A DNA stretch of 64,000 nucleotides from Camelus dromedarius. Its lineage: Eukaryota. The notes beneath the pieces are model-generated. The model was not told the origin of the DNA. It worked only from the letters and a program-made list of their open reading frames with translations, and ran no database searches. The stretch is from assembly GCF_036321535.1 (NCBI RefSeq), contig NC_087447.1:47184001-47248000 (forward strand), read 5' to 3'. Shown here one piece after another: positions 28,501 to 42,109 of the stretch; within the stretch, counting starts at the first letter, position 1; each line of letters begins with the position of its first letter. A program made the position numbers and the translations under genes.

Positions 28501-30779
28501 GCCACTAATGTTAGAATAAGACAAGGCTCCTTACTATGGACGGCCTCTAATGCCTTGCAAGCCCTGCTTATTCTCTAGGCTCCTGGCACCTCTCTCTGGG
28601 CTGCAGTCTCACCCGGCTTTTTCAGAACTTCACACTTGCTATTGTTCCTCCTTCCACAGGGTCTTTGTAAACAAAAGCTCCTTCTGCCAGGAAAGCTCTT
28701 CTGATCCTTCTTCACCTAGGTTAACCCCTCTCTCCTTCACTTCGGACTCAAGCTTCCTCTCGGAAGCTTTCCATATATTAACCAGAGGAAATCTCTTAGA
28801 GGCTCTCAGGAGTCTCTGCACTATTCATTTCCAGCATTTATTACAGCTGTCATTTCGTATCTGCATGATTAACGTCTGAATAGACTTTAAGTTCCATGAG
28901 GCAAGGCCTCTACATTTTTGGGTTACCACTGATCCATCAGGGCCTAGCACACATTTGTTGAATGAATAAACGATTGAACTAATTTTCCATTTTTATGTTA
29001 TTTTTTTCAAGGGGAGGTCAGTCCTCTGTTTACAGGTTTATTATGACTGTAAATAACTACCACCACCATTTGCCTAACTCTTGCCATTACAAAACACTTT
29101 TACAACACTCAGTGAGTATTTGTTAACTACTTACATGAACAGCGATGAACAACAAAGCAATGGTCTGCCACCTCCAAAACTCACAGTATTTTGAGAGAAA
29201 GAGGAAAGGAAACAGATCATCCATCCCAAGAGAGGGTGGTAAATACTGTCACAGAGGAAGTACAGTGTGCTACAAGGACCTACAGGTGCGTGGAGGGTTA
29301 GGGAAGGCTTCCTAGAAGATGTGACACTGATGACCCAAAGGATGAGTCCACCTGCCTGAACTCTCACAAGATCCCGGGAGGGTAGTCTGGCAAATATCAT
29401 CAAAGACACTTTATAGCCAAGGTCACTGAAGAAACTAAGGAAATACTGACACAAAGTCACACAGCCTAGAAGACGGCCAACACTAGAGGCTCAGTCCCTG
29501 GCTAGGCTCCCTTTCAGGGGCATCCCTCCTTTCCCCAAGCCACCCCAGTAGGCCCTGGCTGCTCTCTGCTCTTGGGCTTGGCCCACCGCCTGACTCTGCT
29601 AGGCGTCTGAGCAGCTGACTAGCTGTTTCCACAACTCACCTACCCCTGAAGTTTAGAAAAAGCTACTAATCCAATCTTCCCCAGCTGCCTTCCAGGCAGC
29701 AAGCGGGCAGAGACTCATTAAGTCCACACTCCAGAAAAGGTGCCAGGCCCTGGACCACTCTGCAGAATTGCTTGCCTGGAGAGGCGCCACTTGAGTAAGC
29801 CCTGGTGTTTCAGTATGTGATCTGGACCCTCCGAAAGGGACTCAGTTTCCCTGCAGAGTTTAGCACTAAGGACTATATTGCTAAGTTCTCACTGGGAACC
29901 CTATCAGCAAGATTTAGAAACTAAGACTCAAAAAGAGAGGTTCTATGACCTATTACAGCTCATAGAGACAGTTAGCAACTGTGTCCGAAGTAGAACCCAG
30001 GTCTTGTAATTCTAAAAAGCCTGTTCTCTTTCTGTAACATTATTCTACCTTCCAACATCCCAATCAAAAAGCCTGTGTGTGTTACACCCTAACATTCAAA
30101 AAATCATGCGACGACCTTAGGGAGCACTCATAACAAGCATCAAATTCTAAGAGTGATGCCAGTTAGGCCTTGACCTTTGGTCTAAGATAAAGCTTTTATT
30201 TCAACCTACTGCAAGCCACAAGAACATTTACATATTTACTGGTTAAAAGAGCTAGATGTTTTGGTTGCTCTGATGCCATCATTAATATCTTCACATCCAG
30301 CCAAAATGATACAACAATCGATAAACAGACAGGCTCTCTGAGGCCCCGAGACAGCCAAATGTATTTACCAGCCAGGGCTTTTGTTAATTAGATAAAATCC
30401 CTGGATCAATGTGCAGAACATTTACCTATGCTGTAGCTAAGCACATTCTGGACACCTTAATCCTGGCACATGGACAGCAAGTGCCTCAAGCCCCAAGATG
30501 GGGCATCCAGGGACAAGAACCAAACCAAGCCATCAATGAAGAGCTACAATAAATGTGTTTAGCCCTCAACAAAACCCAACTCTTTCTTCTCTCCTGAACT
30601 GCAAACTAAATCAGACTTCCCCCCACCCCAAACGTATCTAATAAACAAATTTTAGCTGGTATGAAATACTTTATTTTCCAAAACCATCAAAACAAAGTGT
30701 CAAAACCACTTTTAAACTGATCTTTGAGTTTGAGAGGCAGCATGGTATGTACAGTGGGAAGAGTCAAAAAGACCCATAC

Positions 30780-31620
30780 ATTCAACTTCTAGTTGACATC
30801 TCCACTTAAATGTCTCATTGGCATGTTAAATCCAGCATGTTCAAAACTGAACTCAATATTCTTCTCCCAACCCAGCCCTCCTCCAGCATCTTCATCTCAG
30901 TGAATGGCAACAGCATCAAGCCTGAAAACTGAAATTCATCCTCAACACCTTCTTCTGCCTAATCAACATACCCAATTCTATTCATTCACTCAATGTTTGT
31001 ATACTGAGTACCAACTATGTATCAGACACTGATACTGCTCTAAACATCATCAAGTTCTGTCTAGCTTACCTCTTCCATTGTTGCTACTGACATCTTAGTT
31101 CAAGTTATCACCTGCCATCATCCTCTTCAGTCTGGACTAATCTACTCCAGTCACTTTCAACCAGTCTTACTGCATCCACCTCTCTATCAATCTTGTCTTC
31201 ATGGAGTAACCTTAAAAATTACAGATCTAGATCACGTCACCATGTATGTCTACGTCTCTCTCTCTCTCTCACACACGCATACTCTTAAAGTTCTTCAATG
31301 GTTGCCCTCCGTTCTTAGTGAAAATAAAAGTTAACAAGCTCAGTGTGATATGGTCCTTGCTTAACTCTTCAGTTTCATTTCATACCCTCTCTCATTTACT
31401 CTCTAGGGTCATCATATTGGCCTTCTCACAATTCCTCAATTTTGCCACATCTTTTCTTGACTCAGGGCCTTCCACCTACTGTCCAACTCAATGTTCTTCT
31501 ACCTTTCTCTTCATCCTTCAGAGTTCACTTGAATCTCACTCAGATGCTTTCCCTTACTGATAATATACCCCCACCCCCTACCCCTCCCATACTCAAGGTT
31601 AGATTCCTAAGTGTCTTGTA
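30780..31620 (+). mobile_element. L2 fragments
   Basis: gacatctccacttaaatgtctc...aaactgaactc...catctcagtgaatggcaacagcatc resembles the L2 ORF2/3' region. Confidence 0.6.
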
Positions 31621-31629
31621 TTTCACTTT

Positions 31630-32950
31630 TTAAAAAAATTTTATTAAGATATAACTCACATACCATACAATCCATCCATTAACAGTGCACAACTCAATTG
31701 TTTTTAGTATATTCAAAGTTGTTCTACTTTGACTACTAACCCCAGAATATTTCATTATCCCCAAAAAAAACTCTGGACCCATTAGCAGTCATTCCCTATT
31801 CTCTGCCAACCCCAACCGCTCCAGCCCTTGGCAATCACTAATCTACTTTCTGTCTCTAAGGATTTGTCTATTCTGGGCACTTTATATAAATCGAATCATA
31901 TAATATGTGGTCTTTTGTGTCTGGCTTCTTTCATTCAGCATAATGCTCTCAAGGTTGATTCATGTTATAGCATATATTTATTGGTACTTCATTCCTTTAT
32001 ATTGATAAATAATATTCCACTATCATATTTTTTATTTATCCACTGATCAGCTAATAAACTTTGGGGCTGTTTCCCTCTTTGGGCTATTATGAATAATGCT
32101 GTCATGAACATTTATGTTCACTAATGTACATGTTTTGATTTCTCTGGGGTATATATCTAGGAGTCTACTTGTTGGATCCGAAAGTAAGTCCATGCTTAAT
32201 ATTCAGATTAACTGCCAACTGTTTTCCAAAGAAGTTATATCATTTCACATCCCCACCAGCAATATGAGGGTTTCAATTTCTCCACATCCTGACCAACAGT
32301 TGCTATTATCTGTCTTTCCGACCCTACTGGGTGAGAAGTCGTATCTCATCGTGGTTTTGATTAGTACTTCCCTAATGCCAATGATGTTGAGCATCTTTTC
32401 ATGTGCTTATTGCACATTTGAATATCTTCTTTGGTGAAGTGTCTATTCAGATCCTTTTGTCCATTTAAAAACTGGGTATTTTATTGTTGAGCTGTAAGAG
32501 TTCTTTATATACTCTGAATATAAATCTCTTAACAGATGTATAACTTGCAAATATTTTCTCCCATTCTGTGGGAGAATCTCTTCACATTCTTGAAAGTGTC
32601 CTTCGAACACAAAAGCTTTTAATTTTTTTTTAAAAAATTACTATTATTCTTATTTTCTAATGGAGGTACTGGGGATTGAACCCAGGATCTTGTGCATACT
32701 AAGCATGCACTCTACCACTAAGCTATTACCCCAAAGGTTTTTTTAATTTTGATGAAGTCCAATTTATCTACTTTTTCCTTTGGTTTCTTGTGCTTTTGGT
32801 GCCATATCTAAGAAGGTCACAAAGATCTACTCTTGTTTTCTTCTAAGACTTCTATAGTTTTAGCTCTTACATTTAGGTCTATGATCCATTTTGAGTTCAT
32901 TTTTGTGTACGGTGAGGTAGAGCTCCAAATGCATTTTTCTTTCCATTTGT
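31630..32950 (-). mobile_element. Old L1 (L1MB-like) 3' region
   Basis: T-rich tail, ggcaatcactaatctactttctgtctc..., ORF2 tail (PYTKMNSKWIIDLNVRAKTIEVLEEN). Confidence 0.85.
32620..32733 (-). mobile_element. tRNA-derived SINE (Vic-1-like) inserted in an old L1
   Basis: ggaggtactggggattgaacccaggatcttgtgcatactaagcatgcactctaccactaagcta; degenerate TSD aaag(c/g)tttt. Confidence 0.8.
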
Positions 32951-35900
32951 TGAAAAGACAAAATACTTCATTTTGAAGTACGTATAGTTGTAATTGCATA
33001 ATAACTGCACCAAGAGGGCAGAACTGTGCCAGTCTTGTTCACCACTGTATCTCCAGCACTCAGCCAATGCCTAGCTCCTAGTAAGCACTCATACACATTG
33101 GCTGAACTAAGTAATAATTTTATTATTAATAATAAACACTCTATAACTCTATGAGTTACAGGTATCATCATTTCTATGTTACTTAGGCTCATAGAAGTCA
33201 GGCAACTTGTGCCTTGTTTTGCTGCTTCTCAATTTTTGACTCACACGCTCTCTCCTCACCCGGGAAGGGGGTTAATGAGCTCCTCCAGAGAAGGGACTGT
33301 TTCTCCTTCCTCACTGTGTTCCTTCCAACACAAATTCAGCTCAGGGCTAGGCACAAAGGACAGGCCGGGCAGATAAGTAACTAAGGGGCAAATGTACAAT
33401 GCCCTCCATGACCAGGTTCCTACCTGTCTCCAGTCCCTCCTGGCCTCAGACTGTGATCCAGCAACACCAAACAGTCTGTCATTTCCCTTCCTCACCACAT
33501 ACTCTAGGCTGTTTCTTGTCTCAGTGCCATCACTAATGCTACCCCCTTTGCCTGGAATGCCTTTTTCTATTTGCTAAGCAATCCTGATATTTTAAGACTC
33601 TGATCAGGTGTCATTTTTCTCTAGGACATTTTCTCTGGTCCCTCAGGTTGCTTAGGGGCATCTGCTAGGCTCCTGTCTCAGCACTGATCACACTGTGTTA
33701 CTACAGTCTTCCTAAGACTCCTTTATCAAAGGGAGGAATCATGCCTGGCCAAATGTCTCCTGTGCCAGGTATATGACCCAGCATATGACAAGTGCTCAGA
33801 AAAGTTTTGTCGAATAAACAAATGAATCCTGGAGAGAAAGGGCAGGCAGTCTGAAGTCCAAGACTAATACCATCAGACTTCCTTCATTTAAAAAAATACT
33901 TAGGGGGAAAAAAAAACAAGCAAGCTAGCTAGCTAGCTTGGGCTGATGGGAGTAACCAAGTTAAGCACTCAGCAGAGGCCCAGCTCCCTGCCAGGAGAAG
34001 GAAAATGGGTAGAGGTGTAGTCTTTCACGCAAGTTCATTCAGAAGGAAATGTGATCTTCACTGGGAGAACAGGAGGCCTCACTTCTCCCAGCACCCATAG
34101 CTCCTCGCATGGCTCAGCCAGAGCCTGAACAGATGTGCCTTCAGTCTGTCCTGTGCCCTAGGTTTCGGGTGAGTGGTTTCTGAGTCCAGAAGCCAGGCTC
34201 TGGACTGAGCCCAGGAGTGGGGCCACCTGCTAATGATGCTGACAGGTGGGATTGGGGCCCTGGATTAGGCTTCCACTCCTGAAAAGCCAGCACTGAACAT
34301 ACGAACAAGGTTTAAGTGCCTTGGGGGAAGAAGGAAATGGCTGCCACAAGGGGAGACAGGAGGTGAGGAGGAAGGGAAGAAAAAGGGACCCTGTCTCCCT
34401 CTGATATAGCCAACAGGAGTATGCAAATAAGACTGGATTACCTGCTTCAGGTTTGCTGAAGTCTGTAAAAAGCAGCTTTCCCCAAGTGTCACTGTGCTGG
34501 AGAAAAGGGTAAGACATGTGGGGAACCAGACCTTGTCCTTGCCCTGGGGAGGCACACAATTCAGTGGTTTAGGTTGAAGTCTAGCCCAGACCTTCTTTCT
34601 TTTTTCTTTTTTCTTTTTTTTTCAGCCTAAGCCTTCTTAATATAAAGAGCAGAGTGTGATGAGTGGCAGACCCTTCCCTGCCCTTTAGCCAAGCAGGCCC
34701 ACACCACACATGGTTAGCCAGCTCCACATAAAGCAGGTCAACAGTCCCCCTACATCAGGGTGGCTGTCCATGAGGACTCCTGATCTGGGCACCATGTGAA
34801 CCTCGCTGATTTTCCTGTTTGTGGATTGAGTGCCTCCTCAGTGCTGATGTTCAGCCCTGCTTCTTGCATCTGACCTCTAACTTCTCTTCCACAGCAAAGG
34901 ATTACTCTCCTGCCACAGGCTGGCAAGGCTCCTCCTAGATGACTTGCATATCCTCCCAAACCAGAAGGCAGGTGCGGGGCAAAGGAAGGGTGGATGACAC
35001 TCAGCTGGGAGAAGTCAAGGAAGGCTTCACAAGGGCCGCAGTACCTGAGCTGAGTCCGGGAGGCTGGGAGGATTTAAGCAGAGGGTAATGAGCACAGTGT
35101 ACAGATGGCAGTCTCTGTGGAGAGCTCATACCTAGGACCCAGGAACTGCAGATTCCAGAGAATCCTTAAAGAGGATGATGAAGGTCCCCCCACCCCCACG
35201 ACCTGCCCCTGAGCAGAAGAGCCTCAGATTACTGCCCTTCACTCTCTAGAGCTCTCCCAAGGCTCTGGGAATGGAGAGGGTAGGGAGTCATCAAGGCAGA
35301 GGTACACACAGCACAGAGCCGTAGAAAGGGCAAGGGGGAAAGGAGGGAAGAGGCCAATATTATTTACCTGGTCTGAGTTTTATTCCAAATCTGATATCAC
35401 TGACCATACAGATTATACACAGGATGACCTCACAATGTATAAACTATGAGTAAATATGTTTTAAAAATTGAGGGGGGATTCTATCCTGCTATTGGTAGGT
35501 CTGTTTGGCAGAGCTAAGGGCCAGAACAGATGGAGGAAGAAATTAAGAGTAAAATGAAACACCTGTGCAGAGTCTATGGCGTAAAAAGGCTGAATAAGGA
35601 CCTGCTGTAGGAATTCGAGAAAGTTTCCTCTGGCAAGGATGGTCAGGTTCTCCTCACCCCCACCTCTAGGCCTAGCTCTATGAGCAGGAAGGACTGTAAG
35701 TTGCATGTTATGAGTTTTTTCCTTGATACCAGAGCCTGGGTCACCCTCCACCCCCATCTCCAGTGCCCATTCACTCACTCATAAGCAGGAACTGTTTTAG
35801 ATGAGAAGGAACAAGGGGTATCCTAATTCAGGCCTTTATCACCTTGAATTTATCTTATTCAAACAGCTTCTTAACAGATCTGCCTTCAGCTTTTCCCCAA

Positions 35901-37967
35901 TTCACTTCATCCTTCACCCTTCGGCATGACCCTAACTGGATCATTTCCCTGTTTATAACCCTCCCATGTCTCCCCCACTGCTTATAGGATAAGAATTTAA
36001 AACTCCTAACTAACCATGAGCATTCCAGGCTTTGCGTTTTCCAGCTTTTCTCAAATCACCTTCCCCTTTTCCCCACACCTTGCAACCCTGCGCAACCACC
36101 TCAGCAGCAGCAACGTGACACGGCCCCGTGGATAGCCAGCCACTGCTGTCCACCACCTTCGTTAGCTTGCTCCCTGCTCATTGGCTGGGAGGGAAGGTGG
36201 GGGCAGGCGGCGAGGTGGTGGGGGAGACTGCTGGGCTGAAGGGCAGGGTCTGTGCCTTGCTCATCTCTGACTTCCTCACAAGGGGTGAAGGGAGATTCTG
36301 AGTCATCATGATCAGCAGAGACAGGATAAAAAAAGGCAGGAGAAAAGAAGGTTAGAGACTGGGGACACACCTGAAAGGCCCTGACAGACTCTATCCACAT
36401 GGGCAAGAGTGAATGTTCTGAGTCACACACACACCATAAATTCAATTACTTTCTGTATTCTTTGGGCAGGGGTTGAATTGCTATTAAGAAAAATGTGTAT
36501 TTGAAAGAACCAAAATAAACACTTGGGGGCTCAGTGGAACAGGGTAAACTTAGCCTCCCCTTGGTGATGGAAAGGTGGGTTCACAGCACAGCTGCTCTGT
36601 ACATGTGCTGCCTACCCTGGGTTGCCAGAGGAAAGCAGCAGCCTGGCTGCCCTTAGCAGTTACCAACAGGTGATTCCAGGGTCAGCAAAGACCTGAAAGC
36701 AGGGGGCACAGCCCGTTTCCATCCCCTTGCCTCCTTGTACTGCAGCAGAAGGAAACGAGGCTCATCTGTTTCTGGGGGAATGAAGATGCCATGCACAGGC
36801 TGCAGTTATGAATGGTTCTTATAACAATAAACTGACATCTGTACTTGGTTTTTAAGATGCATCATTGCATGTTTATTAAACTATTGCTCCATCATATTTA
36901 TTTGGCTACGAAACAACTCCCAGCCCTTACTTCCAAAAGTGGTTTATTAAAAACTAAGCCTTGAACATTAATACTCAAAAGCACCCTTGAGAATCAATAA
37001 TAATGCTGCAGATACAATGAAAGGGAATCAAAGCAGTAAGTCTTGGTGGGGGCTGTGGCTGCCTTTCAACACTTTTGTATGTTCAGGCAGCTGGAGCGAG
37101 GAAGAGCACCATGGGTGCGCAGAGATAGACTCCCCAAACACTGGACTTCTTGTCTAAACTGTGGACATGGAGACAAGGAAGGGGGTTAGCCTATGGCCAC
37201 CTAGCTCTATGCAAAAGGACGAGGTTAGGTCTAATGGGAGCCACTAGTGTCACCAAGGATGAATCCCCTGCTCCTAACCAACAGCCCCATACTGATGCCC
37301 TAGGTCTGAGCATCCATGCAGGACACAGACTCCACCCTGCCCCTAGTACCAGGCTGAGGCCTGACTTGAGTCCTGTCCCTGGGCAAGAACAAGCCTCACA
37401 TCTAAATGGCAAGCAGTCACCTTGGGACTAGCTGAGGCGGGGAGGCTGGAGAAACGCAGTCCGCCCCTGGGCAGGGGCCCAGCATGTGCACCCAGCTCTG
37501 TAGGCAGGGCTCTCTAGCCCCGGAAGACCTGGCAGAAAGGTCTCACCCAGCTCCCTCCAAATCCCTAACCCTCTCCACGGGTGCCCACCTGCATCCCATC
37601 TAGGCAACAAGCAATTACACATGCCAATTCCACAAAGAAACAAGAATAAACTAGAAGATTCAGTGAAGAACCCACAGGATGTAGAGGGGCTTCAAACCAT
37701 GCCCTGCAAAAAACAAAACAGCTGAAGGATCCAGGGATGTTTGAGGTCAGAAAAAAGACACAGAGGATGACTCTCTACCTTAAAATATCTAAAGGCTGAC
37801 CTGGTCCAAAGGAGCTCAGGTGACTTGGTGACTACAGAGAAGCTACAGGGTTCAGTTCCCAGCTCAGTATGAGGATTTCCTCCAAAACAGACTCATCACC
37901 AGAGGAAGGGGCCCACCCCACTCAGCCCTCCTGTACAGGAGAGCAAGGCTTGGGGTTCAACACTCAC

Positions 37968-38019
37968 CTGCTGACTTCTTGGACATTGTTGGTGCGAGCA
38001 GCTTCCATCAGGGCTGCAT
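37968..38019 (-). CDS. CLPB: CLPB coding exon 2 (start of ankyrin repeat 1)
   Basis: tctctcttcag|ATGCAGCCCTGATGGAAGCTGCTCGCACCAACAATGTCCAAGAAGTCAGCAG|gtgagt; 52 nt. In frame with exon 1 it reads (D)AALMEAARTNNVQEVS(R), versus human DAALLEAARANNMQEVSR. Confidence 0.96.
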
Positions 38020-41000
38020 CTGAAGAGAGAGGGGGCACTGGTCAGATCCCTGGCCAGGACCTACCCCTCAGGGCTGCCTGGAGGGCCAAATGAGACAGTG
38101 GAAGTGGAGACATTTCAGAAACATAGGCTTTAACAAGGGAAATGATGCCAAGATATATAAAGAGAAAGCTAGTCATCCCCCGCCCACATAGTAGCCTCTG
38201 TTAACTTGTCTTCCACATCTATTACAGAGCCCAAACTCTTCACTGTTCATCCTACAGGTGATCCCGGGAATGTGTTAACACACGTGGGGCCTATGGTAAA
38301 CAATGTGTGAACTCCTTCACTCTTCATTAGCTATAAAGCTCTGTACGCTTATGTGATTACCACTGTTGTTATTAATCATCCCACTACTTTGTCCCATTTT
38401 CTCCCCCACCTTCAGTGTCTCAGCCTAGTTTTGAATCTTGATGTCACAGGTCACAAACCCAGCAGGAGGGACAGGATTAGGAGGAACAGGAAGGGGTGTG
38501 AGCACGTCTGAGAGTGGAGAGAGCCTCAACAAGGAGCCAGGAGATCTGGCTCCAACACACTCTGCCCCTCGTTCACCACGTGCTGTGGCAGCCCCTTTCC
38601 ATCTCAACCCTAGCTTCCCTGGTTATAAAGGAAATAATCCTTGCTCTGACAGCTTCACAAGGATCCTAAGGAAATGAAATGGTGGTTGCAAAATCTGCAA
38701 ATACCCCAGTGCTAAGCCCAGTGAAGGGAGATCCAAAGCAGAAGGTTCCAGTCCCTGAGGAATCAAAAGGCCTAGCAGGAAGGCAATGCTCAGCCTCGCC
38801 TGGCCTAGGCTACCTGCAGGCTGTTGGCACCACCTTGTGGCCATAAGGAAAAATTGCCTGACTCCAAAAAACTCAAGTCAACAGCAGAAGCACAATTCTT
38901 TCAAGTAGTCCAATACCAAGCGCCCATGGAGCACTCTATCAGTTGGTTCTGAACTCCATTGTTGGGCAGTGGACAGACATACACAGCCACACCTCAAGGA
39001 GTACTCAGTCCAGCCAAGAGACTCACTCACTCAGTAAAACAAGAGAGGAAGCACTGGAGCAGGGTGGAAAGAGCAGATCCAGGCTCAATTCTGACTGTCA
39101 CTTGCTTGCTATATGACCTGGCCAATTCACCTAACCTCCTGAGCCTCAATTTCCTTTATCTGTACAAGAGGAATAAGATACCCACCTTACTGTGCAGAAG
39201 CAAGCCAATTCTGTGGTTCAGACATGCATATGCCTCCACTCCACCCTCACAGCCTAGACTCCAGGGCCAAGTCTTTCGTGGTTATCTCCCCCAGGAAAGA
39301 CATTATTGTTCTCCAAGCACACACCCAGACAAGCTTGGGCAGCCTCCATCTGGAAGGGGGACAAGCTGTCCTCAGATACTGCTGTATCTACTCCCCACTC
39401 ACTCTTCAGAAAGAGGTGGCTTCTGCAAGGTCACAGAAGGAGTAAGGAATGAGCTGAGATTAGGAATTCCCAGCTTCTAAAGGGTAGTATCAACTACACT
39501 GCACACTGAAGGCCTCAGCTCACAATTTCAAGTCAGGGAATAGGGTAACTGGCAAGTCAGGGGTTGAAACTGGTCATGACTTTGGTCATTACCTATTTTG
39601 GTAAACAGACCCTGGTGTCTTTGCTGGGGTTCACATGCCACAAAGTCAAGTCTAGAAACCCCAAGCAACTCTAAGGCAAGATCCTGGACACCTTCCCCAA
39701 AACCATCTAAACATACTGGCCTCAGAGCATTCCCTGCTCATCAACTTTGCCCTCAGGATAATTCCAAACCTTCCAAACCCTCCTGCCTGACTTCCAGACC
39801 CCATTCCATCTGCTCTCATCTCATTCCAAAGACTACTGTCCTCCAACCAGGCTGTCTACCCTGCTAGCCTCTGTACATGCCATGCTGACCTGAGACTCCT
39901 TTACCTTTGTTCCCAAAAAACTTGGCATAGAATATAGTCCAATTCAAGGCACATTTACTGAGTACCTACTAAGTACCAGACACGTTGGTGGACAAACAAC
40001 GTGAAAGTATTAGGGGAGAGGAGCTAGTATCAACCTGAAATAAGATAAGATGCACTCCCTGCTCTCTTGGAGCTCACAATGTCACTCTCCTTTTCATCTC
40101 TTACCTAATCCTTCAGAACTCAAGTTCAAATTCCCCATCCTCCAGGGGCTCTCCGAACTTCCAGGAAGGCTTTCCTGACCCTACTGACCTTCTAATCCCC
40201 CAATTACACACTATCAGACCACTCACCAGACCTACAGGCTTAACTGCCTGCACTGTCCCCTTAACTGGCATTGTGTTAAATTAGGACTTCCTCACCTAGC
40301 CCAAAAGAAGGTACACAGAGGGTATTCAGAAAAATGTTGGAAGTTACATGCCTAAGTGAGAAAAGTCCTCCAGGGTGCTATTTGAACACCCTTACTTTGC
40401 AGACGAGGAAACAGAGGGCCGCTGAGGAGGAGCAAGAGGTAGAACCAAAACAAGATCCCAGGTGTCCTTACTCCCAGTCCAAGGCCCTTCTTTTATAGCT
40501 GGCCACATCCTGCTGAATACACAAATGAATATTAAGGTAGTCCCCCTTTGCCCCAAAGTCTCAGAGCTTGGGATGCATGGAATATAGGAACACCACGTCT
40601 CAGTCTTTTCCTGTGAGGAACTGAGAACCTGCATGGCTGGACTCATGTAGACCAGAAGTATGGCTCTATGCCTGCCCTCCCTGTCCCTGCTGGGCTCCAC
40701 ACACCTGGGTGAGATGCCAACCTGGGTCAGCCAGCCCCTGTTGTCGCTCTAGGTCTCTACAGAGCCACTTTATCTTCCTTCTTCTGCCAACTGCTCCACA
40801 TGGCAAGGTCATCCCACTCCTGAGACCAGGCACAGCAAAGCCCTCAGACTCAGGCTGCTGAACTCCAAGAGGAGTCAAAACACCACCACTGTAAGAGTAC
40901 TGACAAATCATCCTTCACTGTATAAGTGGGGAAACTAAAGCCAGAAAGGAGCAAGGGGTGAGCAGGGCCAAAGCTGGCACTGAAACCAAGAAACCAAGTC

Positions 41001-41457
41001 TCTTCCTCCTTTCTTAGGCCACGAGGTGGGGGTGGAGGGGGGGACACGACTTCTCTAAACCATCTAGTGGTTGCCCTTAAAACACATATGGTTTCCTGGA
41101 GACCTCTTAAAAGAGGAATTGGACCAGGGGAAACATTAGAGAAGAGGACTATGCTCCCATTTTAGATGTTCAGTCCAATGCTCCCATTGTACAGATAAAT
41201 CAAGTGATGCTCAAAGAAGGAAGGCTGACCTGTAACTGTATCACCATATAATAATAGTTGTATAATTTGGGATATCACACAACTCAAAGGCACTGAGCTC
41301 TCCAGCCCGCCCTGAGACCAGATGATGCCTGAGTCCCTCCAGGACTGAGGCTCTGGTGGTCTAAAATCTATAACCAACTTCCACCCTCCAAAGATACGGA
41401 GTCAGGACATTCTCCCCGCCTCTCTCGTTCACGAACCCAAACTGTCCCGATAATCAC

Positions 41458-41860
41458 CCTTGTTGGACGGACTCTTGCTGTAACAATGTACCACAAGCGC
41501 TGTGGCCAGGGCCCACACGCCCAATCCGGCCCTGCTGAGGACCCCATTCCAGCTGTCCGGTCCAGAGAGTGTGTCTTCCGGGATAGGAAGGTGTCCCCAT
41601 GTGGCGGCTGCGAAGCACGGGGTCGCGGTGCGTCCTCTCTGGCGCCCCCCGGTGGCTGCCCCTCCTCTGGTGAGTAAGGCCGGCGACGGTCCAGGGCGCC
41701 CCCCGACGGCAGCCCTTAGCCACTGAGACGCTCCGCAGCCGCCTGTAGTCACACTCCGGTCGGTGGCACCTCCGTGGCTCCGGAGCGATGGGGACCTAAG
41801 CAGCTGGAGGAGGAGTCGCGGCGCCGGCGCTGTTCTCCTCAGCACCAGGGACCCCAGCAT
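41458..41860 (-). CDS. CLPB: CLPB/SKD3 coding exon 1 (mitochondrial targeting sequence, hydrophobic autoinhibitory segment)
   Basis: ATG at 41860 gives [31 protein letters not shown]...[24 protein letters not shown], closely matching the recalled human CLPB N-terminus ([31 protein letters not shown]...[18 protein letters not shown]). The exon ends AAG G|GTGATT (donor GT at 41457-41456); 403 nt, phase 1. Confidence 0.97.
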
Positions 41861-41913
41861 CGTGACAGCTGCTTCGACAACCCCCTGGTGCCGGCCCCTG
41901 TGCTGGCCACGTC

Positions 41914-41925
41914 CAACATGGCTGC
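41914..41925 (+). promoter_or_regulatory. YY1-like site near the CLPB TSS
   Basis: CAACATGGCTGC versus consensus CAAnATGGCGGC. Confidence 0.55.
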
Positions 41926-41972
41926 CGCGGCGCGTTCGAAGACGCCGTGGAGTGGAGTTACGCACTACCTCA

Positions 41973-42109
41973 CGGGAGTGGTAGTCCACAGTCCCAGATC
42001 TTTCCGCAGCTGGGGGAACAAAGAACTACACTTCCCAGAAGGCTGTGGAACGCGTGTCATAATGACTGCCGACTAACAGGAGCCCGGGGCATGTTGGGAA
42101 ATGGAGTTC
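41973..42109. promoter_or_regulatory. Three ZNF143/THAP11 (SBS/ACTACA-type) motifs
   Basis: ACTACACTTCCCAG at 42025-42038 (+); GGACTACCACTCCCG at 41987-41973 (-); GAACTCCATTTCCCAACATGCC at 42109-42088 (-). All resemble the ACTACAnnTCCCA consensus. Confidence 0.8.

Noticed and set aside
38959..39480. 173-aa ORF
   Set aside because: Runs through MIR fragments, antisense within intron 1, non-ATG start, no homology recognised.
41429..41989. 186-aa ORF as a single-exon protein or N-terminally extended CLPB
   Set aside because: It starts at a GTG within promoter motifs. Homology begins only at the ATG at 41860, and the last residues (GDYRDSLGS) are intron read-through past the donor at 41457.
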